Assembly (NCBI GenBank): GCA_038887515.1
Contig: JAWAKK010000002.1
Location: 128,001 to 192,000 of the forward strand
Source: Candidatus Nezhaarchaeales archaeon
GTDB taxonomy: Archaea; Thermoproteota; Methanomethylicia; Nezhaarchaeales; WYZ-LMO8
Direction of reading: 5' to 3'
Length of the DNA: 64,000 nt
Within the stretch, counting starts at the first letter, position 1. The number at the start of each line of letters is the position of its first letter. A program made the translations under genes and the position numbers. The notes below the pieces were generated by a model. It saw only the letters and a list, made by a program, of their open reading frames with translations, had not been told where the DNA came from and ran no database searches. Below, piece by piece: positions 9,657-19,582 of this stretch.

Positions 9657-10242
9657 TTTTTAAAAGGGCCATCCTCGTTAAAACGCTCTTCAACTCGGCG
9701 CTTAAAACGGACGATTTGTAGCTAGTAGTAGATAGCTCATCGCTCTTAACGTTGAGCATCTTTAATAGAGAACCTGATTCTGGTGCCTTCAAAACATTAA
9801 GTGGCAACAAAACTTCAACGGGCAGGGAAGATAAAGCCGATAGCGATTCTTCTAAGACGTCCTTGTTAGGAGATATGATGTAAAGGCAAAACTCTCTAGC
9901 CCTATCATCTAACCCAGCAATTTTAAGAGCATTAGTTATCTGATCTTCACATGTAAGGCGTACCAAGAACTCTATGTTAAACTTGTTACTTATGTTATCT
10001 CTAGTGACAAATGCTTTTAGAGTATGATAAAAGACGTGCAAGACGTGGACCGGCGATATTGCAAGTCCGGGGCGTGTTACCGCCCATAAAACCTTGAAAG
10101 GTTTGAAAACCTTCTCCAATGATTGGATTATTTCCTGCGATGGAAGTTCACTTCTTAACTTTATGTATATGATGCCTAAGCCTGTTTGATCCTTGTTGCT
10201 TATAAGGAGAGATAGCAATTCCCTTGCGAAATCAATGTTCAT
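9646..10242 (-). CDS. cgi121: KEOPS subunit Cgi121-like
   Basis: HVLHVFYHTLKAF...NISNKFNIEFLVRL...QITNALKIAG, C-terminal LTRMALL. Confidence 0.8.
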   Translation of the reverse strand: MNIDFARELLSLLISNKDQTGLGIIYIKLRSELPSQEIIQSLEKVFKPFKVLWAVTRPGLAISPVHVLHVFYHTLKAFVTRDNISNKFNIEFLVRLTCEDQITNALKIAGLDDRAREFCLYIISPNKDVLEESLSALSSLPVEVLLPLNVLKAPESGSLLKMLNVKSDELSTTSYKSSVLSAELKSVLTRMALLKIKR

Positions 10243-10531
10243 GATTGGATCCACCATGAACTGATGGTATTAACGATATCTCTTTAATATCGCCTTGAGA
10301 AGTATTGACACCGCCGATGACGTTTACGTCAACGCCGTCAACCATAACTATTATATCGCTCCTTATGTTTCCTCCACTAGGTTCAAAGACCCTCTTAAGG
10401 AGAGACTCGTTGTCTTTGCATGCCAAGCGTATTATGTCTATTATCTTGATACCTTGAGGTACATCCACTTCAATAGAGCTAGACTTCGCTAAACTTCGAA
10501 GCACCGCTAAGAAGTTCACTTTAACTTTCAT
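10232..10531 (-). CDS. Ubiquitin-like MoaD/Urm1/SAMP family protein
   Basis: MKVKVNFLAVLR beta-grasp start, IIVMVDGVDV, ISLIPSVHGG followed by a SNHEH tail. Confidence 0.88.
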   Translation of the reverse strand: MKVKVNFLAVLRSLAKSSSIEVDVPQGIKIIDIIRLACKDNESLLKRVFEPSGGNIRSDIIVMVDGVDVNVIGGVNTSQGDIKEISLIPSVHGGSNHEH

Positions 10532-10549
10532 ATTTTAAACCTCATAAAG

Positions 10550-10605
10550 AGGTCAGTTGAGGTACATGTCTTCACCTTTCAGTGCAGGTCAGCTTCTTCA
10601 TCCCT
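10550..10605 (-). ncRNA. C/D-box methylation guide sRNA
   Basis: Minus strand: AGGG-ATGAAGA(C)-12 nt-CTGA(D')-AAG-GTGAAGA(C')-12 nt-CTGA(D)-CCT; TATA-like TTTAAATA about 25 nt upstream. Confidence 0.8.
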
Positions 10606-10653
10606 ACTCCTAGAAGTACTTTGTAAGCATATTTAAATGTTCACGTAGGGTTT

Positions 10654-11871
10654 ATGTTATTGGTGGCTGCAATATCCTATGGTTATGGTAATAAGGAAAG
10701 CCCAGTACTTCTTAAAAGATCCCTACTTAGCATTATAGAGAAGAAGTTAAAGAGAGAGAAACTCAAAGTTGCTAAGAATGATAGCCATTCTAAACGTAAA
10801 CCCATAAGCTGTGGTCTTACGGTACATCCCGGTTCCGGTTGCCCCCTTCAATGTAGTTACTGCTATATTTACGACATGGGATTTAACACGTATGCAACGC
10901 CATACTCTCTTGAAGGGCTTCAGCTCGTGGCAGCCCTTCTTTATAACAAGTATTTTTATCCTACTAGATGGGGTACTTATCTTGCATTCGGTAGCGTAAC
11001 AGAACCCTTCCTTCCAAATATAATGCCTAAAACGTTGGAGTATTTGAAAGCCGTGTCAGAGTATTTAGGCAATCCTTGTCAAGTTTCCACTAAGATGGTT
11101 ATCCACGACGAAGTGATAGAAGAGCTCGTTGGCATAAAGGATTTAAAAATATCATTTTTAATCACGGTAACGAGTCTCAGACAATTCCTCCATCTAGAGG
11201 AGAAAGCTCCTCACCCCTTCAAACGATTGGAGAACTTGAAGAGGTTGAGGAAAAAAGGGTTTAAACCGTTCGTGTTCTTGAGACCCCTCTTGCCTGGATT
11301 AAGCGATGAAGAGCTAAGTGAGATAGTAGACCAAGCACGAGCTTCAGGTGCTTATGGCATTGTTATCGGCAATTTAAGGTTATCACAAAACATAATTAAA
11401 AGGCTTTTAGGCAAAGGTATAAACCTTTCAAAGCTCTTTACAACAGATTTTAGATCTCTAAAAAAGGGATTTATCGATATTAGAGTTAATGGTAGGGTTT
11501 TATCATGCATTAGAGAAAGAGCTTTAGAGAGGGGACTCATCTTCGTGAAGAGGGCGTGCTGTGCCAATACGCTTTCGCAGTACCTCCAAGGACACAGTGA
11601 TGTGGTGTGCCCCTCCTTATGTTTCCTAAACGAAAATGTATGCGAACCAACATGTCCTTCTCAATGTAGAAGAAAGGCTCTAGGAGAACCTAATCACATA
11701 GATATGTATGAGACCATAGGAGAAGTTCTCGGATCAAATAAGTACGAAGTAGACGTGGAGAATCACGTTATTTCCATAAAGCTTAAGGAAAGCTTGAGAG
11801 ATGAAAAGTCAGCATTATTCTCATTGATGTACCTCTTACGGAGGAAAATTAGATTTATAAAATCCACTTAG
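10654..11871 (+). CDS. Radical SAM protein (spore photoproduct lyase-like, function unknown)
   Basis: CPLQCSYC motif, GSVTEPF, STK, LRPLLPG; Cys-rich C-terminus. Confidence 0.85.
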   Translation: MLLVAAISYGYGNKESPVLLKRSLLSIIEKKLKREKLKVAKNDSHSKRKPISCGLTVHPGSGCPLQCSYCYIYDMGFNTYATPYSLEGLQLVAALLYNKYFYPTRWGTYLAFGSVTEPFLPNIMPKTLEYLKAVSEYLGNPCQVSTKMVIHDEVIEELVGIKDLKISFLITVTSLRQFLHLEEKAPHPFKRLENLKRLRKKGFKPFVFLRPLLPGLSDEELSEIVDQARASGAYGIVIGNLRLSQNIIKRLLGKGINLSKLFTTDFRSLKKGFIDIRVNGRVLSCIRERALERGLIFVKRACCANTLSQYLQGHSDVVCPSLCFLNENVCEPTCPSQCRRKALGEPNHIDMYETIGEVLGSNKYEVDVENHVISIKLKESLRDEKSALFSLMYLLRRKIRFIKST

Positions 11872-12077
11872 GTTTGTACTTGCTCAGCTACTTTATAGCG
11901 TCTAGCAAGTCTAGTTAAGTACCCGCTAACTCTATTTAAGAAGTGTTTAGCTCTAACAGTTGAAACTTCTAGGACCAACTTCTTGTTTTGTGCGTAATCT
12001 AAGCTCACCTTGTCGTAGTACTGTTGAAATATCTGGATGGCTAACCTTTTCACGGTCAGCGGTCTTATCTTCCCCAT
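11868..12077 (-). CDS. rps17e: 30S ribosomal protein eS17
   Basis: MGKIRP..VKRLA...NKKLV...NRVSGYLTR. Confidence 0.95.
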   Translation of the reverse strand: MGKIRPLTVKRLAIQIFQQYYDKVSLDYAQNKKLVLEVSTVRAKHFLNRVSGYLTRLARRYKVAEQVQT

Positions 12078-12195
12078 GCGGTCTCGACCTATGCCTATCG
12101 TTTAGGCAGGCTTTATTTAACCTTTTCTTTGAAGAGGTCCTAAGAAAATACTAATAGTAACTAAAGTTCATATTGATATACTGAGGTGGGGTGGT

Positions 12196-12432
12196 CTGGC
12201 AGAACTACCGTTAGCTCCAATAGATAGGATTATTAGAAGAGCTGGTGCTGAGCGTGTGGGAGACGACGCTGTCAAAGCTCTATGTAAAATACTTGAAGAT
12301 GTCGCACTCGACATTGCGCGGGAAGCCGTGGAACTGGCTCGTCACGCCGGTAGAAAGACCGTCACAGCTGAAGACGTCAATTTAGCTGTTAAACATGTCC
12401 TCCGCTGGCTTAGCGTAAGTATGTATAAATGA
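12196..12432 (+). CDS. Archaeal histone (HMf family) with short C-terminal extension; CTG start
   Basis: Translates (M)AELPLAPIDRIIRRAGAERVGDDAVKALCKILEDVALDIAREAVELARHAGRKTVTAEDVNLAVKHVLRWLSVSMYK; GAGGTG 7 nt before CTG; absent from the ORF track. Confidence 0.93.
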   Translation: MAELPLAPIDRIIRRAGAERVGDDAVKALCKILEDVALDIAREAVELARHAGRKTVTAEDVNLAVKHVLRWLSVSMYK

Positions 12433-12487
12433 TGAAATGCAGTTTTTATATACCGCAAGATAGTGATGTAGCAATTTTCTTTTCATA

Positions 12488-12503
12488 AGAAAAAGTTATA
12501 TAG
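12488..12503 (+). promoter_or_regulatory. BRE/TATA promoter of the thermosome gene
   Basis: AGAAAAAG-TTATATAG upstream of SD GAGGT and the ATG at 12559. Confidence 0.55.
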
Positions 12504-12558
12504 AAGCCCTTTCTCATAACTCTCCGAAGAATATATCTTGAGGTAGAGGTGGCTCGCT

Positions 12559-14223
12559 ATGGTCGCAACAGTAGGCCAGGTTGGTCAAGTTGGTGGCATG
12601 CCCGTCTTAATTCTAAAGGAGGGCTCTACTAGGACATATGGCAGAGAAGCTCAGAGAGCTAACATAGCGGCTGCGAGGGCTATTGCTGAAACTCTAAGGA
12701 CTACCTTGGGACCTCGAGGAATGGATAAGATGCTCGTAGATAGCTTAGGGGATGTCACGATAACAAATGACGGGGCTACTATACTTGACGAGATGGATGT
12801 ACAACATCCTGCCGCTAAGATGCTTGTAGAGATAGCTAAAGCTCAAGATGAAGAGGTTGGCGATGGGACCACGACTGTTGTAGTTTTAGCTGGCGAACTT
12901 TTAAAGAGAGCTGAAGAGCTGATGGCCAAGAACATCCACCCAACGGTAATAATCGACGGATATGGCAAAGCCCTTGAGTTCTGCCAAAAAGAAGTTGAGA
13001 AGTTAAGTTTCCCTATAAGCCTTCAAGACGAAGAGCTCCTAAAATTGATAGCTAAGACTTCTATGCACGCTAAAGTAGTAAGTGCTGCACGCGATTATTT
13101 AGCAGATTTAGCTGTTAAGGCTATCAAACAAATAGTCGAAGAGAGGGATGGTAAGTTCGTTGCTGACGTAGAGCAAGTACAACTAGTTAAGAGACAGGGA
13201 GGTAGCATAACCGATACAAAGCTAATTCAAGGAGTCATAGTAGATAAAGAGGTCGTTCACACAGGAATGCCAAGACATGTAGAGAAGGCAAAGATTGCTC
13301 TACTTGATTGTCCATTAGAGGTTGAAAAGACGGAGATAGATGCAGAAATTAGGATAAGTGATCCGGCTCAAATGAAGGCATTCATCGAAGAAGAAGAGAA
13401 AATATTGAAAGGAATGGTCGAAAAAATAAAGAGTGTAGGCGCTAACGTTGTCTTCTGTCAGAAAGGTATCGATGACATGGCGCAGCACTACTTAGCTAAA
13501 GCCGGAATTTTAGCCGCTCGTAGAGTTAAGAAGTCAGACATGGAGAAGCTTGCGCGCGCAACTGGTGCAAGGATTGTTACGAACATCGAAGATTTAACGC
13601 CCAACGACTTAGGATACGCCGAGCTCGTAGAGGAAAGAAAAGTAGCCGATGAAAAGATGATATTTGTTGAGAATTGCAAGAACCCCAGGTCAGTGGCTAT
13701 ATTGATTAGAGGGGGACTAGAAAAGTTCGTAGACGAAGCTGAAAGGGCGCTGAAAGACGCTTTAAGTGCAGTTGCAAGCGCCGTTGAATGCGGGCGCTAC
13801 GTAGCTGGTGGTGGAGCGACAGAGATGGAGTTGGCCAAAAGACTACGTGAGTATGCTGCTAAAGTTGGAGGTAAAGAGCAGCTAGCAATAGAGGCTTTCG
13901 CCAACGCTCTAGAGGTCGTACCAAGGACACTCGCAGAAAACGGAGGACATGATCCAATAGATGTTATAATGGCTCTACGCGCAGAGCACGAAAAAGAAAA
14001 CAACTACTATGTCGGTGTAGACGTCTATGCTGGAAAGCCGGTAGACATGCTTAAGCTGGGTGTCATAGAGCCGTTGAGCGTTAAGTTGACAGCGCTAAAA
14101 TCCGCTACCGAGGCTGCGGCAATGATTTTGAGGATAGACGACGTCATAGCTGCTGCTCGAAGCGAAGCAGGAAAGGAAAAAGGAGGAACTAAAGAAAAAG
14201 AGGAAAAAGAGAGTGAAGAGTAA
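12559..14223 (+). CDS. ths: Thermosome (group II chaperonin) subunit
   Basis: [37 protein letters not shown]. Confidence 0.98.
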   Translation: MVATVGQVGQVGGMPVLILKEGSTRTYGREAQRANIAAARAIAETLRTTLGPRGMDKMLVDSLGDVTITNDGATILDEMDVQHPAAKMLVEIAKAQDEEVGDGTTTVVVLAGELLKRAEELMAKNIHPTVIIDGYGKALEFCQKEVEKLSFPISLQDEELLKLIAKTSMHAKVVSAARDYLADLAVKAIKQIVEERDGKFVADVEQVQLVKRQGGSITDTKLIQGVIVDKEVVHTGMPRHVEKAKIALLDCPLEVEKTEIDAEIRISDPAQMKAFIEEEEKILKGMVEKIKSVGANVVFCQKGIDDMAQHYLAKAGILAARRVKKSDMEKLARATGARIVTNIEDLTPNDLGYAELVEERKVADEKMIFVENCKNPRSVAILIRGGLEKFVDEAERALKDALSAVASAVECGRYVAGGGATEMELAKRLREYAAKVGGKEQLAIEAFANALEVVPRTLAENGGHDPIDVIMALRAEHEKENNYYVGVDVYAGKPVDMLKLGVIEPLSVKLTALKSATEAAAMILRIDDVIAAARSEAGKEKGGTKEKEEKESEE

Positions 14224-14230
14224 GACATAA

Positions 14231-14256
14231 CTTTTTTGTTCCATTTGTTTTTATTT
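14231..14256 (+). terminator. Oligo-T archaeal terminator after the thermosome gene
   Basis: CTTTTTTGTTCCATTTGTTTTTATTT directly after the stop codon. Confidence 0.5.
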
Positions 14257-14889
14257 ATGGACGTTAAACCTCTAAGGATATTGATAGCTGGGACACCTTC
14301 TGTAGGTAAAACTACTATCGCAAAGAAGCTCGCTGATATTATTAACTATCATTATGTTGATGTGGCTAAAGTTGTAGTCGAAAACCAGCTGTACAAGGGG
14401 AAGGACTTTAAGAGAGGTAGTTTAATAGTTGATATTAAGAGGGCTAGGGAGTTCTTTTCTGACTATATCGTAAGACTTGGAAATGTTGTCTTAGACAGCC
14501 ATGTAGTAGAGATTTTTCCTAAACGCCTTGTAGACAGGGTGATAATACTAAGAGCACATCCATTGTTAATCTTTAAAAGATGTATCGAAAGAGGATGGTC
14601 GCTAGAGAAAAGTTTAGAAAATGCTCAAGCGGAACTCTTGGGTGTTTGTTTATTTGATGCGATAAGGGTTTATGGTGTGAGAAAAGTTTGGCAGATTGAC
14701 TGTACGTGTCGACCTATGGAAGATATAATTTCGGAAACTCTAAAAGTCCTCAGGGGCAAGAAGCGGAGAGAGTACGTCGATTGGCTTAAGAGGATTGAGT
14801 CGGAGGAAAAGCTGGACTTGTTACTAGAGCTAGAAAAGGCTCGAGATTTGCCTAAAGATTTCTTCGAACTTTTGGGCGACTGTAGATAA
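14257..14889 (+). CDS. AK6/Fap7-type adenylate kinase
   Basis: P-loop GTPSVGKTT, LDSH, RGW..EKSLENAQAE. Confidence 0.88.
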   Translation: MDVKPLRILIAGTPSVGKTTIAKKLADIINYHYVDVAKVVVENQLYKGKDFKRGSLIVDIKRAREFFSDYIVRLGNVVLDSHVVEIFPKRLVDRVIILRAHPLLIFKRCIERGWSLEKSLENAQAELLGVCLFDAIRVYGVRKVWQIDCTCRPMEDIISETLKVLRGKKRREYVDWLKRIESEEKLDLLLELEKARDLPKDFFELLGDCR

Positions 14890-15063
14890 GAAATCTCCAA
14901 CAGACTTACTTGCATTACCAAGCGTTGTATTGACCCCTCCCAAGAGCCCTATTATCATTGATAGAATTATCGATAGCACTACTACAGAAATTCCTATGAG
15001 CATACCTTCTTCCAGTAATATAGATCCTCTAACCCCTCGCTTATTATCACCCATCTCAATCAT
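14830..15063 (-). CDS. Small type IV/Flp-like pilin with class III signal peptide
   Basis: KRGVRG|SILLE with Glu at +5, then a hydrophobic helix; last gene of the ATPase/membrane-platform cluster. Confidence 0.65.
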   Translation of the reverse strand: MIEMGDNKRGVRGSILLEEGMLIGISVVVLSIILSMIIGLLGGVNTTLGNASKSVGDFLSTVAQKFEEIFRQISSLF

Positions 15064-15089
15064 CGTTTTTAAATAGAAATTAACGGCTC

Positions 15090-15903
15090 TTAAACTCCCT
15101 CATAAGGGGGTAGTACTATGAAGGCTATAAGAATTAGTAGAGGGATGACGAGTTCTTTAGATGAAGGGTAACGTAGTTGAACGAAAGATGAGAATATCAC
15201 GGAAAGGACTATGGAGAAGAAAGCAAAAGCTATGATAACTAAAAACCCGTTGATAAACTTGTATACGAGAACTCTATAAACATGAGAAAAGTCTTTATCA
15301 TGAACCCTAAGGTCATCGCGGAGGCTGTTTGTAGTACTCGGTACTTCATCCGCTCGGCTACAATTAGATCCTTTAATTTTTTGCGTTGGAATACACTGAA
15401 AAGCTAAGATTGTGAAATGAAATAACAAGACTTCTTAGTGAAAACTCGTCAGCGAAGTCTAGCCTTCTAATGATTGAGAGTATAAAGTTGGTTAAGGGCG
15501 ATGAAACTTTCGTTTTATTTGCTAACTTCAAGTTTTTAATCGTAAGTAACTTTTTATAAAGTAAGGTTCTTAGAGTATCCCTCATCCTTAAGGCAGTAGA
15601 CGGCGTGTTTTGAGTGTCTCTATAGGCCCCTTTTAGGAGGGAAAGCACGTTTCTCCGACCTTCAGCAATGGAAGAGACGAGCCTATTAGAGAGGAAGTAA
15701 AGAAATTCGTAATCTGCTAAACGATCATTCAGTTTTATTATAAATTTTAAGCAATCTCTTATAGTTGTGTAAATAAAGAAGGTGACAATTAAAGAGCATG
15801 CTATGGACAATAAAGCGTTTGACGATATTGAAAGAGATAGAGTGAAAAAGCTTAATCCAAATAAGGAGACCCAAAACAACATTTTTATCGAATTTAAGAC
15901 CAT
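15090..15903 (-). pseudogene. TadC/FlaJ-like membrane platform protein, frameshifted
   Basis: Hydrophobic ORF pieces in different frames; breaks at the A6 run near 15377-15382 and probably again near 15241-15250. Confidence 0.5.
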
Positions 15904-15912
15904 TTTAATCGC

Positions 15913-16512
15913 CTAAACGAGAATTTTCGTGTATCTCCTTAATATTATGACGACAAGTTGCAGAGAAACCCCGTAAAACATTGATGCTACGATTGGTAAT
16001 GTGAGTAGTACGTTTTGCTGATAAAATAACGCCATTAGGGTTATGGGGATTGGAGTTATGGTAATACCCGATACTATTAACGTGGTAATACTTCGTATGT
16101 TAGATGTAAAAAGCTTCCTTCGAATATTCCTAAGAGATTCTTGAAACATATAATCGCTCATAAGCTTTCTTTGCAAGAAGATATAAGAATGAAAGTTAGA
16201 TAAAGGCGTTGAGGATTTAAGTTTCTCAACGTCGTAACCTAGAGACACCTTTTGGGCAACCGACCTTAGTGATGGACTTATTAATCCATGTCGATGGCTG
16301 AGCCTGGTTAAGGCGAGAAGAACTGAAGGGACATTCCTGTGAGTGTAGGATAGCATGGATGCTATTTTAAGCGTCAATGCGTCAAAATCTGCTAAGTAGC
16401 TTTGACTTTTTAAGTCCATAAGCTGATGCTTGAAGACTAGGCTAAAAGTAACGATAAAAAATGTTGAAAAAAGCAGAGTTACTGAACTAAATTCAAACAG
16501 CATAAAACCCAT
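15913..16512 (-). CDS. TadB/TadC-like membrane protein of the pilus assembly cluster
   Basis: N-terminal TM, soluble helical part, two C-terminal TMs; overlaps the ATPase stop. Confidence 0.5.
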   Translation of the reverse strand: MGFMLFEFSSVTLLFSTFFIVTFSLVFKHQLMDLKSQSYLADFDALTLKIASMLSYTHRNVPSVLLALTRLSHRHGLISPSLRSVAQKVSLGYDVEKLKSSTPLSNFHSYIFLQRKLMSDYMFQESLRNIRRKLFTSNIRSITTLIVSGITITPIPITLMALFYQQNVLLTLPIVASMFYGVSLQLVVIILRRYTKILV

Positions 16513-18648
16513 CCTCTACGAACCGCTGAATGTAAGAATCAAACATTTTAGTAAAAGACGCGACGTCTGGAGGATGTGTAGTTATTAAAGATTCTAACAG
16601 TGTTTTGAGAACTTCGTATTCTCTAACCAATAATTCGTAGCTGACTCCCAGTTCCATGATTTTAAGTATCGATGGCGATTTAAGGACATTGTCGATGGTT
16701 GCTTTGTGAACATCGTCTTCGGGATCCCACTTAAAAACTAAAGTTAAGGGTATATCTACATCGCTTAGAGGACCTTGAATTAAAGAACCAACTGCCCATA
16801 TTTCTGCTACACGACGTAAGAGTTTAGAGCCTTTATAGCACTTTACCACGTGGACTATTAAATCTATACCTACTATATCTTCCTTTGAAATCCCACAGTG
16901 AAATAACCAGCGCCTCATTAAACCGAGAACCGAAGAGGCGTGACACGTATGTATTCCTCGAAGACCGGCCGATATTGCGTGAAACAAAGCTTTAAAGTGT
17001 TCTTTTGTTTGTAGTTCTCCCATGCAAATCCAATCAGGCGATCTGTGTAGAAGCTTTATCATTTCTGCAGATTTCTTTCGAGTATTCTTATGTGTTTCAA
17101 AGGGTTCAACATATAACCTGAGCTGATGGCGACCTTGAACCCTCTGATCGAGGCTTTCAACTACATCTTCTACGTATACCTTATGCCAATTTTTTGGTGT
17201 ACATAAGTCGAGGGCGTTCATTAAGGTTGTTTTCCCTGTCCCAGGTTCGCCACATATTATGATGTTCCTTCTATTTAGAATATGAAGAATGAGGAAAGCT
17301 GCTTCTTCCAGCGAAAGGGTATTGTTAAGTACTAAGTTTAATATCGTATAGTTTCTATGCTTAATCTTTCTAAGGTCAAGCGAAGGACCTTCATGCGACA
17401 AGGGTGGTATGTCAACTGAAGCCCTAATGGTGAAGTCGTCGATCTTAATGTTCCACTTTAATGAAGGATTTGAAGGATTTAATGGTAATTTGCTTTCCAA
17501 CATTATGTGGTTTATAAAACGTTGTGCCTCCCTGCACGTCATGGTTATATTGCTCACGCATCGTCCTACATCGACATGATCTAGATATACTTTCGTTCCA
17601 GGCTTATCTAGGTATACCTCGTCGACATCTCTATCTAATAGAAAAGGCATTAACTTGTGGATACCCAAGATCTTGTAGGCTGAGTACGAAGCTAACTTCT
17701 CAACTACAGAACTATCCTTGTTAGAGAGATCTATGGTCTTCATATGGTCTTCAACTGTTCTCTAAACTTTTCTTTTAAGAAAAGTATCTTCTCCTAGAGG
17801 GAGTCTAGCTTGACTACGTGATCTAAGATGACTCTATTAATACCGTTGATTAACATATTGGAAATTAGCTTAATAGAATAAGGGAAATGTACTGAGACTT
17901 GATATACGTGTTCTAGCTCTTGAGACCTAAATATTCTTATCCGGTAAGTGTCTACAAAGTACTCTTTGACTAACGACAACTCATTAAAGTTCTTCAAAGA
18001 AACCCTTTCTATTACTTTATACGGACGAAAAATTTCGTGATAAACGCCCTCATTAACTCGTCTATAACGGTCCTTGAATAAATATATCAATTGAGATCTC
18101 TCAACTTCCCTTAGCGATAGCATGAGAATGGCTGTTAACTTTTTAAAGCACTTATTATTACGACACCAAGGCCTATCGATCCTACTAATAGCAGTCTTTA
18201 AGCATTCGAAGAAACCGAATGGATCTACATAAGCCATACCTATGCGATGAAAAAAGAAGAGATGCTCTCTGCACGATAAGATTTCTTGAAGCAACTTGCA
18301 TGAACCATAGCAGGACTGCTTACTACCAGTTAAGTGGTTATAATCTCCTCTCTCGATACATAAATTAAAGAAGTGCTCTCTAATCTTCGAAAGCCTAGAC
18401 GAATAATCGCATAACATCTTCAACGTGGAGGGACCATACTCTATTATGAAATCACCTTTCTGGACTAAGAGTCCAAGTTTTTCCGGGCTTTTCTTTAAGA
18501 CTGATAGCTTTAAAATAAGCTTCCCCCTACAATTACCGTTGTTTACCAAGTCTGGTTCGCGATAATTACATTTCATTAGAAAGAGAGCTTTTCCACCTTT
18601 AAATAACATCCTTATACAGTTATCTGAAAGGCATGCAAACGACATCAC
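16493..18648 (-). pseudogene. VirB11/CpaF/FlaI-type secretion ATPase, split into two ORFs
   Basis: Walker A GEPGTGKTT, VED..E, LHRSPDWICMGE, His box HTCHA; N- and C-parts separated by a TAG (17794-96) and an 11-bp tandem duplication (17732-17753). Confidence 0.75.
17732..17753. repeat. 11-bp tandem duplication TATGGTCTTCA x2
   Basis: Seen directly; removing one copy puts the two ATPase ORFs in the same frame. Confidence 0.9.
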
Positions 18649-18856
18649 TACAATCTTTAAATTAAAGCAATTTATAGAGCCACATAAATTCTTAGAAGTT
18701 GACTTATTTTTGTAAAATCCCTACTGTAGATGTTTAAGGCCGTCGAATGTTAAAAATGGTTAGCTTCACATCACATCGTTGATTTCTTATCGATGGTAGA
18801 GAGCTACCTTTAAGTTTAGCTTTTGATGCTTTAATCTAACTAAGTGGTAAGAGGGG

Positions 18857-19582
18857 ATGACGTGTATGTCGATCAACATTGTCCTCAAAAACGATCTCCC
18901 TAAAGATGCAATATTCGTCACTGGGTTCCAGGGAATGGGATTAACGGGTTACATAGCAGTTAGACACATGGTATCTACGCTAAACGCTAAACCACTGGGA
19001 TTTGTAATGTCGAAAAGAATGCCTCCTTACGTATGGATGGAAGATGGTAGGTTAGCTACTCCGATACAGCTCTTTAGGTACCAAAACCACGTATTTATGC
19101 TCGTAGAATTCATACCGCCAATGCCAGACCTTTACAAGTTTATAGACGAAGTCTGCCGGTGGGTATCAAGGAGTTTCACAGAGGCATTTCTAGTAGGAGG
19201 GCTTGACTTAAGAGTTAAGAAAGAGGGAGAGGGAGAAAAGGCTAAATTTGCTGCCACAACAAGAGCCGTAGACAGAATAGTAAATCGAGGGTATAAGATG
19301 TTAGATAAGGGTCTATACGTAACGGGACCCCTTGCATTGATGCTCATGAAGTTTGAACAGTTAGATTTTCCGGCACTAGCAGTACTAGCTTACGCAAATG
19401 CTTCGAGACCAGACCCTATGGCTGCTGCAATCGCAATAGAGTACTTTAGCGAAATCTATGGAATTAAAATAAGTGTGGAACAACTCATTAAGGATGCTCA
19501 AAGAATAGAAGCAGAAATCGAAGAGAGCCTAAAGATGAGACAAGAGAGAATGAAAGCTGATGTAAGTACGCTCTACATTTAA
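18857..19582 (+). CDS. PAC2-family proteasome assembly chaperone
   Basis: FVTGFQGMGLTGYIA, VGGLD, TGPLALML, RPDPMAAA. Confidence 0.9.
   Translation: MTCMSINIVLKNDLPKDAIFVTGFQGMGLTGYIAVRHMVSTLNAKPLGFVMSKRMPPYVWMEDGRLATPIQLFRYQNHVFMLVEFIPPMPDLYKFIDEVCRWVSRSFTEAFLVGGLDLRVKKEGEGEKAKFAATTRAVDRIVNRGYKMLDKGLYVTGPLALMLMKFEQLDFPALAVLAYANASRPDPMAAAIAIEYFSEIYGIKISVEQLIKDAQRIEAEIEESLKMRQERMKADVSTLYI

Noticed and set aside
17794-17796. In-frame TAG in the secretion ATPase as pyrrolysine readthrough
   Set aside because: TAG is the normal stop of rpl2, rpl4 and rpl22 here, and a frameshifting duplication follows about 40 bp later
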